This document shows, piece by piece, positions 53,758-64,000 of a stretch of DNA of 64,000 bases. This stretch comes from Octopus vulgaris. Taxonomy: Eukaryota. The stretch's first letter is position 1. Every line of letters starts with the position of its first letter. The position numbers and the translations under genes are program-made. A model generated the notes under the pieces. It did not search any database. It had not been told where the DNA came from and saw only the letters and a list, made by a program, of their open reading frames with translations. Where the stretch lies: the NCBI GenBank assembly GCA_951406725.2, contig OX597815.1, positions 111,414,001 to 111,478,000 on the forward strand, in the 5' to 3' direction.

Positions 53758-55629
53758 GCCATTCGTGTTTGCCTTGCGAGTACCAAACATATGCCAGCGT
53801 CATCTTCATAATTTCCCGTTCTTTCGGTAAAAATAGCTTCATTCAGTTTCTTTGCTCTGTATGATTCTATAAATACGACAAAATATTAAAGGGTAAGTTT
53901 TTCGCTTTAAATACCATCTGAAGATGATCTATTTCAAAAGAAACGCAGTTATTCTATTTATGAAATTGCTAGTTTATTTTTCTGTTTGCTTTGTAAATAC
54001 AGCAAAATAAAAATGATTAACGAAGTCATCGTCCAAATACGGCGTGTATGAATATGCTGTTCGTGCTGAGATAGTTACGCCAAAAAGATTATGGCATTTT
54101 TACAATATTTTGTGGCGAACAGCAACACAAGCAATAAAAGCAAACGCTACGTTGTACTTATGTATTATAAATATATTTTCTAGTTCTTTCTTTTTCATAT
54201 AGTAATAAAACAATAGACGCGTGTACAATAGACTGTCATCAGAAACCATTCTGTCAACCCAACTAAAAGAGAAAATTCTTAACATATACAGATCTATATG
54301 GTCAGGCATTTGGCGAAAGTGATGATGTTAGTGAATCACCCTTGCGAAAGGTAATTTCGATAATAGCAGATAATTTGTCTAACGAAGAGGGGAAGCTTGA
54401 ATTACTTGAACAAAGATAGTTGAACGTGGGTCTCGAGCTCTTGGTCTAAGGATGAGAAGAAAGAGTCGAGAAATCCACAAATAAAATATCAATTCAAATA
54501 TACCACTAAATGACCAGAGTAGATTTAATGTAAAGACAGAAAAACTTTTCAACCGCAAATTAATGCTATCACCACAAACAAACAAGAACGTAAATGAAAA
54601 TTACTAATGTATAACAGTGAGTAACACAACAAAAAAATTATAACAAAGCATACAGATACAAAGATAAAGATAAAATGAAGCTTAGAAAATCCTCATCAAT
54701 TTTAGTTATGCCTAATGGAAATAATAATGTATTAGCTGTAGTGAATAATACGTATTTTGCACAAAATAAAAAGATTTTGAATACTTCTTGTCTAAAACAA
54801 GTAAATAGATTTATTTCAGAAATAAACTAAAATCTGTTTCTCCGTGAGATCTTTAGAGATATAATCGAAGAAAAGGAAGTTCTTGTTCATCCATCCCCAG
54901 TTACCGAGTATATCGTCTCACGCAGTTTTCACCTGATGCATGGGTAACTACTGCGTGCTCCTTTCATTGATCAATATATTTTAATCAGAGTGGCAAAGTA
55001 TTTGTTGTCTGAGTACCGGTTAGAAGTAAGGATTCTAAAACATCGACATCCAAATGCATACATCTAGTAAAATTGAAGCAACTTCAATCATTGGAATATA
55101 TGCACTTTTGCAAATTTTCGATGAGTACAAGATTTACTAATCACGTGGTCTGTCGTTTGGTTGGCAGAGATATTCTGGATATTCTTAGATCTCAGCTTAT
55201 AGGTCATCTACTTCCGGCTGGTCGTTGAGTAGATGGTCCTGAAAGTGATCACCGAAGAAAACGTTGCCTTGAATTAAGTAATATATTTTTATTGAGACAT
55301 TATCATGAGTTCTGATAACGAAAAATTCGTGAAATGTCAAGAATCTTATAATACTTGCTGAACACATGATATAAATATCAGGAATTTCATAGAGCGGATT
55401 TCAATTATTTGTATCTTTCAAATTCTATCACAACTACGAGCAAAATCCACTTAAATACATAAAAATATATCGTTGCCATCTATGTTTCAAAACAAAAAAA
55501 TCCTATTTCGCAGCAAACTTATGCTGGAGCAGCTGTGTCCATGGTCAAACAAAGTATCAACCAAAGATCCTTCAAAGAATACTTTATTTTTTTTAGTGAA
55601 GGACACACTTGTCAATATATTTGTAGTTA

Positions 55630-55860
55630 AGGTCGGTGAGCTGGCAGAAACGTTAGCACGCCGGGCGAAATGCGAAGCCGTATTTCGTCTGCCGTTACGT
55701 TCTGAGTTCAAATTTCGCCGAGATCGACTTTGCCTTTCATCCTATCGGGGTCGATAGATTAAGCACAAGTCACGCACTGGGGTCGATGTAATCGACTTAA
55801 TCCGTTCGTCTGTCCTTGTTTGTCCTCTCTGTGTTTAGCCCCTTGTGGGTAGGAAAGAAA
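55630..55860 (+). mobile_element. Full-length tRNA-derived SINE (Meta-domain type)
   Basis: A box-like TGGCAGAAACGTTAG, B box GAGTTCAAATT, central GCCTTTCATCCTATCGGGGTCGATAGATTAAG (resembles the Meta domain shared with Sauria SINE), tail CCCCTTGTGGGTAGGAAAGAAAT. Confidence 0.9.
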
Positions 55861-56025
55861 TACGTATTTCGTCTGTCATTACGTTCTGAGTTCAAATTCC
55901 GTCGAGGTCGACTTTGCTTTCATCCTTTCGGGGTCGATAAACCAAGTGCCATTTGCATACCGGGGTAGATCTAATAGACTGGTCCCCTCCCCCAAAATGT
56001 CGAGCCTTATTCCTAGAGTAGAAAA
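55861..56025 (+). mobile_element. Tandem 5'-truncated SINE with a different 3' tail
   Basis: Repeats GTATTTCGTCTG..GAGTTCAAATTCC..TCATCCTTTCGGGGTCGATAAA, then tail CCCCTCCCCCAAAATGTCGAGCCTTATTCCTAGAGTAGAAAA. Confidence 0.85.
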
Positions 56026-56197
56026 TTATATATTTATATTAAAACAAAAGTAAAATAATTAAGTTGTTTAGACAATACAGTATTGGATTCAAAGAATGGA
56101 CATTTGTGTCGGGAATAAGGGGTCATTTATTCCTTATTCATTACATCAGAAACAAATTTAGTGATGTCTGTAATTATATATTTATGTGTATATTGTT

Positions 56198-56229
<32 letters not shown>

Positions 56230-57194
56230 GGATGAAGAGAAAGAGAAGGATGAAGAGAAAGAGAGAGGAAGAGAGAGGACGGGGTAGAGAAACAGACAAA
56301 CAAAAGGACATACGACGAAACCCCTAGTAAAGATGGGGTGAATAGCCTGAAAATTATAATTCTATCAATAATTACTTATTTCAGACATCTAGAAATTTTG
56401 TAAATAATTATATTTCTGCAGGTGAATAAAGCTTAATCACAACAACAGATTGAGTTCCAAACGTACTAATTTCGATACCAGGCATTTTCCTTAAATTATA
56501 TTAGCAGTGATTCTAAGCAATGTATGACACTATATTACTGCATTTCATTCCACTTGAAAATATAAGGCATTAGCACTGCTTCAAAAATGTGCAATATATA
56601 AATTTAAGATTATGTTATAGTATATTCTCTAATGTTATATGACATAAAACAATAAGATATATTGAATAAATTTGAAAAATCTACAATCTTCTAATTCCAT
56701 TAATTGAAACAAGTTTAGTTACAATTTATATTACCACCCCAGGGACATCAATAACACCAGGACATGAAGGATATTGCGTTTGATTTATGCACCATAAGGC
56801 TACGTTCCATTCTTAGCCAAGAGAATTTAGTTGAGTAAATTAGTCTCTATGGAAGATATAAATAATGGCCTCCAATTTTGGAACAAAGCTTGAAATTTTA
56901 GTGAGAGAAATTTTAGTGACTTAGTCATATACACGGACCGCACTACTATATTACACGGATCCGAAGTGATGCAAGATAAAGTGGGTTTTGGCGGGATTTG
57001 GTCTCAGAGAGCCAAAAAACGGAGGTAACACCACTAAACAATTTATCGGTAGGCTAACCTTCATCAATAACATAGATGAATAACGTAAAATGTATTGAAT
57101 TAAAGGTGCTTGTCATCAAACGTGTGTGTATGGATAGTTATATATATATATATGAAGTGTAGGTGGAATACGAATGGGTATATATATATATATA

Positions 57195-58790
57195 AAAACG
57201 AAGTTTGAAAACGCCACTATATAAGATACATTTTAATTTTCTTAGAGGTTTTACGTTTCGGTTCTTCTTGAAAAAACGAACCTCATCAAAAATATTTTTT
57301 AAAGTTAAGTGTAATAAAAAAGTTCATAATTGTTTATTACTAGTCTCAACAGAGTCCATGTGGTGGTGTTTTGTGGAGGGGGGCATAATGGCTGTCGAGT
57401 GCGTTGACTAGATTCGTTGGCTGTAATTGTAAAAATGAATGGTAAAAATGAATGTAGCAGTAGTAGCAGTGACTGTTATTCGTAGTAGTAATAGTAGTGA
57501 CCGCGGTGGTAGGAGTTGTAGCAGTAGTTCATTGGGTGTAGTAGTAGTAGTAGTAGTAGTCACCGTGGGGGTAGTGGTAGTTGGAGTTGTAGCATTCCAT
57601 TTTTCTTTTCGGAAAACCAATATATGGTTTTAATGTTCCTGGCCCAGGGCGTTTAGACTTGGTGCGAATTTTCTAATGAAATGGAGTTCTTTGTTATGAC
57701 GTTGAGTGAAAGGTACTGAATTGGTAAAGAGGGAAAGTTGTGAATTTGGGATTTTTATGTGATGCACATCTGTGTATGTGGCCGCTGACAGGTAATTTCC
57801 TGTATTCAGGATTCCTAATTTGGGATTTATGTACTGCTATACTTTTTCGTAGGCTGTTTTTTGTATAGCCAATATATTGCTATTGCACCCTGCGCATGTT
57901 AAAACGTAAATTTAGTTTTCCGATGCACATGTGAAGTTTGTTCTGATGGTAAAATGATGGCCTTTTTCTAATGTGTATTCCGAACCTTCTACTAAGATGA
58001 CACATATTCCGCAGTTGAGCTTTCCACATTTTTTAACTGTTAATTTTGTGGTTGTTATTGGGTGCAGTTTAGCTTGGGTTAAAATCTTTTTAAAGGATTT
58101 TGGCTGCCGTTTACTTTTTATGATGGTGTACGTTTGGAGGATTCGGTTCATCTTTGGGTCTCCATTGAGTAGGGCTGTGCTTTGGAGCATGGTGTTGAAG
58201 GCCTCATTGTTAAGTCGGTTGTGTGTAGACATGTAGGGTAGGGTTTTTAATTTTTCTTCCTTTTTTTGGTTTTGGTTGTCTGAGGTCTTCTATATTTAAT
58301 TTAAGTGCTCGTTGGATTGCATTGTCTATTAGGGGCTGTGGATAATTCCTATTTATGAGTGTAGTTCTGAGTTCCTGGAGACGTGTGTCGGGTATTTGTG
58401 TTTGATATTATGGTGCAAATCCTTCTGGCTAAAAAGAAAGAGACATTTATTCTAGTGTGTCTTGGGTGGCATGAGTCAAATGGTAGGTACTCCTTTGAGT
58501 CTGTCGCTTTATAATAGATATCTGTCTCTATTTTGTTACTGAATTTCTTAATGAGGATGTCCACAAATGGTAGTTTTCCTAGGTTATATTCTATCGTGAA
58601 TTGAATGTTTTCATTAATTCTATTTATTAGTATTTTAAATTCCTCGAGTTGTTCTATATTTTCATCCCAGAGGATGAAGCAGTCGTCGAAATATATTTTC
58701 CAGTTGTTCTGAATATAGGTGGAGAAAGTGTTTACATATTTCTTGAGTATTTTCTAGTAAAGTATTATTTCGAGGTACCCCATTACTATG
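57195..58790 (-). mobile_element. Penelope-like element 3' half (RT C-terminal part, GIY-YIG, tail with hammerhead-like motif)
   Basis: NWKIYFDDCFILW, IETDIYYKATDSKEYLPFDSCHPRH..LARRICTI, KRQPKS, KCGKLNCGIC, FTCASEN*IYVLTCAGC; related to 19965-21525. Confidence 0.9.
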
Positions 58791-59019
58791 TACATATGCG
58801 TCTCTTTGCATATGTACGTGTACTGTTCATCCTCAAGCTATAACATTATCGTGTAGTGCAACCGAAACCATAATTTGCGAAGCAATCCTTTACATCTAAC
58901 TCTAGTTCACTCGTCCTTAGCAGCAATTCTGTTGAGATGCACCACACTGTAAGTGATATTCGTAAGTGTTTATATATATGTATGTATGTATGTACGTATG
59001 TATGTATACACACACACAT

Positions 59020-61600
59020 ATATCTTTTAAATTCGTTTATGGTAACGTTAAATATATGCAAATAAAGCTCATATTTCCTTATGCCGACTATCGACAAATG
59101 ATACTGACTAGTGAGTCAGTTTTACATGCATCATGGTTATACTGATATAATGTGGGATAAATTTAGTAATAACAATAATTCTAGGATGGAATTTATAAAT
59201 ATTTAATGCATCGCTACATGTGTTTCCACAAATCACATAGCTTCAACATCAGAGTCTGTATCCTCGGGATGATTACAATATAGTCTGTAGTATATCGAAA
59301 GAGATGTGGATTGTCTTGCATTTATATTGGAAAATGATGAGAGATGATTTCTCAGACGATTTCTCATGGTGTCTGCATTTGCCTTCACCTCATAGGTGTA
59401 CACTACATTCCCTACCATCCAGTTGTTGAATTTACATTCGTCTTTACGTCTACAGTTACATTGTTTTATCGAGTTGTTCTTATTGGTGTCCTCTGTCTTC
59501 TTCCTCCTGTAATCGTGCACTCATTTTCCTTATGTATTTATTGTACTTTTTATTGTGTAGTGTATTTGCTATTGATGAGTCTTTACAACCACTATTTTCC
59601 ACCATCTATCGTTGTATACAGTTATGTTAGGTGTGGTTGTTACATATATCTCCTCTAGTTTTTTTTTCTATTTAGTTTTGTGTTATTTAATTTTTGTCCG
59701 TCGTACTCTGCATTGTGTCAATTTATGATTTTGTGATATTTGAAAGATTGGGGAAATGTCTAATGCCGCGAAAAATTCCTGGCCGACTTTTGATTTTACT
59801 TATAAATTAAAGATCTGATTAACCCAAATGATTTCATCGATTTTCTATTTCTTTTAATATATCTATTAGGTTTATCTGTGTATATCATTGCTTTGTTGTC
59901 ATTATTACTATCAGTATTTAACGGTACGATTCTTTCTAACTTTGGCTGTAGTTTCATGGATTCTGTTCTATGTCTATTCCTATTATTGTCATGTTTTTTT
60001 TCTTTACCTTTTGGTCCCTATTATATTTATTACTTTTCTAGTTTCTGGTACTGAGTGGCTATTTATATGATTACTATCAGTATTGATAATGCCCTCTGGG
60101 TATTGAGCCGTCTCTGCCTAATTCCATATACATGCCATTTTATCTATATATCTCACTCCAGCCAGTAATTCTTGGCATGCACATCAAATTTTTGTTCATC
60201 CGTTGATAGTCTACATATTCTATTACTCACGCTTCTTGAGATGCATCGCACTATATGTTCCGGATGATTGGACCCTCTGCACACATATTTTAAGTTCTCC
60301 TTTGGCATATGGAATGGTTCGAATATTTCATCAATGAGGCTAAGTTTTACGCCAAAGAATTTTACCACTTTGCAATTTTCTTCCATTTCAATTTCTAATT
60401 CAAAATTCTTGAAATATTAAAAAAGACTTTTTTGTTGCACATTTCTACTTTGCTACTTTTGTGTATAGAGAACAGTGCGTCATCCGTATATAATCCTCCC
60501 CACCCCATATTCTGTAGTAAATATTCTATTTGCGATAATAATAATATGCCTACAAATCCGTGTTTGCGCAGGACCGCTGCTCACCATTGTTATGTCAAAC
60601 GACTTAAACCTGTCGGATCGTGTCTATAGCTTACCTCCGTATTCTCTTATATTACTTCTAGCAGCTAAAACTATATCTATTTCTTCACCAGTTAGGTCGG
60701 AGCAGGTCTTGGCGAATATTAGCGCCTTCATTTGTAGAATTGGGTTTATGGACTGGTAGTAGTTTGACATGTACAACTGTACAAACTTGGACTTGTTCTC
60801 CAGGTTTTTAATCAGGAGATTATTTCAAAGGTGTTTGACTACACTTTCAAGTTAGTTACACATTTTAATTTAGGTATTATCATATCTGTTATTACTTTGC
60901 TGATTTTACCTATATCCGATTTGGACGGGCATACGAGTTTTAATGTTGAGTTATCATGGAAGTTTCCCATATGGTCTTTTAGGCTTATTCTAGGTGTCAT
61001 AGGTGTATAAAATCTAGTCTTATTTCGAATACCTAATTTCTTAACTATTTCGAGTCCCTTCTTATTTATGTTATCAAGTGTGTTGCGCCGTGTGTGATTG
61101 TATTTACCGTGTAACTGCTTTGTTATAAGTTCGGTGTATATGTTAATATTAACATTGTAGAGGTTACCTGATTTGTCCACAGGTACTAATGTGCATTTAA
61201 TTTCTTTTGGTGTCTTCTGAGTTTCATTGAGTCCTTGAATTTGATATTTTTGATTATGTTAAAAAGTTCCTCTACAAATGGTTCTATGATCTTGTTTGGT
61301 AGTGGATTGTTGAGCAATTTGAATTTTGCTTCAGATTTTCGTGGAAGTCAGTGTTCTTACATTTGGTCTCTCTTTTTCTGTCAAAGAAGTATACTTTCCA
61401 TCTTCACCTATTAATGTATACACCTAAGCATTCGGTCATCCTCCTCAGGCATTCTGTTCTGCATAATATAAGGATATCCTTCAGTGATACATCCACATTT
61501 ATTTTTATCATTCGTGATTATTTGTTTAAGGCTACTTGTATTACCGTATTGGTTGTACAAGTCTGATATAACTTTTAAATTCGTTTATGGTAAAGTTAAT
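59020..61600 (-). mobile_element. Penelope-like element of a second lineage, decayed
   Basis: DKSGNLY..SLKDHMGNF..KLVCPSKSDIGKISK; SNHPEHI..RICRLS; CNCRRKDEC..NVVY..RLRNHLSSF..STSLS. Confidence 0.8.
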
Positions 61601-62123
61601 AGAATTTAGGAAAACTATTTTGAAACGATATAATAATGAAGGAACCCAAACAGATAAACGAACAAACCAATGTTTAAGATGCTACACACTCTAACAACAG
61701 AAACAATGAAAAAGTCAACATAAGTGGGTAGTATTAATCAATTCGGCCAACAAACCCCACTGTATAGCAGCTCACCACCTGATGGGTTCGGAATTTATTG
61801 AGGAGAGTCATGTCTTATATGAAATAGAACAAAGAAATGTATTACTATCCTTAAATCTGCTGAATGAATGAACATCCTTAAAACTTGCAGAATGATTAGC
61901 AAATAAATCCTACACAACCATTACGCACCTCCATTATGACTAACATTTCTTCCTCTTCTCGTATTACCTACCCCCTACCAAGTTCACACAGAAATACCCA
62001 CATAGCTAGATTGGCCTTCATAGTGGCAAGACGGGATAAACATCCATCTATGATTCATCCACTAATACTGTATCGCCTCATGAAAGGAATTAATGATGAT
62101 CAACCGGATGCACGCGGATGCTG

Positions 62124-62230
62124 CAGACTATATTGTAATCATCCCAAGGAAACGGAGTCTGATGTTAAAGTCATGTGATTTGTGGAAATGCGCGTAGTTA
62201 TTCGTTAAATATTGATAAATTCCACCCGAT
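62124..62230 (+). repeat. Inverted copy of the 3' tail of the 59-61.6 kb PLE
   Basis: CAGACTATATTGTAATCATCCC..CTGATGTT..ATGTGATTTGTGGAAA..TTAAATATT.ATAAATTCCA matches the reverse complement of ~59175-59288. Confidence 0.9.
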
Positions 62231-62975
62231 AATTTTTTTGTTATATATATATATATATATTCTGTCTGTGGGTGTGTTTGTAGAGTTCTTAGCTAATGTC
62301 TACATCATATTATCGATTTTGCTTAAAATGGACACGCGAGTAGAACCCATGTCTGGAAGCCTCATGGCATATTCACATTGTTGAAAAAATCGATAATAGA
62401 GCCCCTTGATAGGATCTAATGTATTGCATTTTAACAGCCAAGGGAAATAACCCATTCATTTTCCTACATTTTTTGGTATGAATCAAATTGAGTGTGCTTA
62501 TTTCTTAGTATTTTAACTGTTAGAGTTATTTTCACAATTTATCCAGTACAACCCATAAAGAAGTAAATAGTATCTTCCTAAACAATAGATCCACCTATTT
62601 CTGTTAGTGCCTTATTCACGACTATACCAACACAGGCGTCGCAGAAGGATATATTCTCTATTTAGTATTTCCTCCTAAGTTCTATATACTCTGAGAACAT
62701 ATTAAACACTTGGTGGGGGGCTACTTTATTTGAATTCTTACTATCGGGTACTAATTTCATGTTATTACATACGTGACTTCACAATTCGGGTATCAGTAAC
62801 TTATTGGGAATTCCTAAAAGCAAGATCCTGTGTAAGACAGATCGATATTCTCTGTAAACGCAGAAACACCGTTTTAAGGGCTATATTATACATCCGCATA
62901 ATATAGCCGCTCTATTGACAGATTTTCAATTCCATTTATTTCCTGACTTACGGATTCTTAGCGGACTTAAACACA

Positions 62976-63009
<34 letters not shown>

Positions 63010-63049
63010 GATAAATCTCAGAGCGAGTTATAAACAGTAGCGGTAACAC

Positions 63050-63379
63050 AACGTGATGCATATATGCCATTTGAATATGGCTAACCCAACAGGGTGGATG
63101 CTACTGTAGTTTGTAGCCCCAGGAAGACACCTCCTCCCGCTGGCTATAGACACACTATCTGTGTCCTGTCAGTATTTGTGAAGGGGAGTCATCCTCCCCG
63201 TCTTCAGCACATGATACACACGTACCCGAAGACGGGGAGGATGACTCCCCTTCACAAATACTGACAGGTCACATAGTGCGTCTATAGCCAGCGGGAGGAG
63301 GTGTCTTCCTGGGGCTACAAACTACAGTAGCATCCACCCTTTTGGGTTGGCCATATTCAAATGGCATATATGCATCACG

Positions 63380-63381
<2 letters not shown>
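63050..63381. repeat. Near-perfect 332-bp palindrome between (TA)n tracts
   Basis: ~155-bp arms (63050-63205 / 63228-63381), about 4 substitutions and one 2-bp indel by eye, 22-nt spacer. Confidence 0.97.
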
Positions 63382-63454
<73 letters not shown>

Positions 63455-64000
63455 CAGTTGTGGCCAAAGTGTTCAGAACGGCATTGTTTTCGTCAGAAAA
63501 GTAGTTATAATTTTTTATCAAACTTGTTATATATTCTATAATTTTCACAGACAATAAATACGATATTATTTGTTATTGCCTGCGATTTTGGTGTAATTTG
63601 ATAGGATAATACAAAAGTTATGGATGATGTAGTGATTTACTGCAAAACCCATGGCGGCCAAAATGCTCAGAACGGTTGCTTTTACTCCGTGTTTTAGTAT
63701 ATTTAACCGGCGAAATCTAATATTTTGAATTTGTTTACGTGACGGTTCGTTTACTAAACATTACTAGGAATATTTGCAGTGTACTTTGTTAATATAATGC
63801 CACTTACTCCGTTACCAATTCGTCAGCAGATTATTAAGCTTCGAAGGAAGGATAATTTAAGTATTGGATCTATTGTAAAGATTGTTAACGAGTCAAAAAG
63901 TGTTGTACACGGTATTCTTAAGGTCTACGACGATTGTGGTTCGTGTGAATCAAGAAAGTTTACAGGTAGGCCAAGAAAAACGACCAAGAGAGAAGATCGT
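63455..64000 (+). mobile_element. Left end of a Tc1-family transposon inserted in (TA)n
   Basis: TA-CAGTTGTGGCCAAAGTGTTCAGAACGG terminus, internal direct repeat at 63656-63675, transposase ORF start. Confidence 0.9.
63797..64000 (+). CDS. Tc1 transposase N-terminal HTH region (partial, runs off the window)
   Basis: MPLTPLPIRQQIIKLRRKDNLSIGSIVKIVNESKSVVHGILKVY..TGRPRKTTKREDR; 68 codons with no stop; GRPRK linker. Confidence 0.85.
   Translation, partial: MPLTPLPIRQQIIKLRRKDNLSIGSIVKIVNESKSVVHGILKVYDDCGSCESRKFTGRPRKTTKREDR

Noticed and set aside
53913-53955. CTGAAGA..GAAACGCAGTT hammerhead-like string
   Set aside because: The core is canonical but stems I and II barely pair and there is no PLE context; may be chance
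54240-55350. Higher-complexity, coding-like stretch
   Set aside because: Short frames with stops, and no recognisable domain or termini
62250-62960. Further decayed PLE endonuclease remnant on the minus strand
   Set aside because: Only weak motifs (KCLICS, FMGCTG); not enough to call
63200-63260. Hammerhead within the palindrome (CTGAAGA/CCGAAGA plus a GGGGAG/CTCCCC hairpin)
   Set aside because: No GAAA follows the hairpin

Overview
AT-rich eukaryotic (animal) genomic DNA made almost entirely of repeats; the SINE families and microsatellite density suggest an octopus/coleoid cephalopod (inference). No host protein-coding gene is supported, and most short ORFs in the track are microsatellite artefacts. 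Content: (1) a stack of R4/Dong-like RLE LINE fragments joined by (TAA)n at 9.9-15.0 kb, plus a ~550-bp non-coding (TAA)n-anchored element present twice; (2) Penelope-like elements (PLEs) of at least two lineages, two with inverted terminal copies, and about eight decayed hammerhead-ribozyme-like motifs in PLE-type tails; (3) Tc1/mariner DNA transposons, including a full-length DD34D mariner disabled by a single TAG and an apparently intact Tc1 running off the right edge; (4) a head-to-head Merlin relic with complementary deletions, hAT relics, Tx1/L1 and RTE LINE fragments and an apparent ORF1-only L1/Tx1 derivative; (5) tRNA-derived SINEs and several fold-back palindromes wedged between microsatellites. 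All family calls come from motif recognition by eye; no database search was run, and boundaries of decayed elements are approximate.
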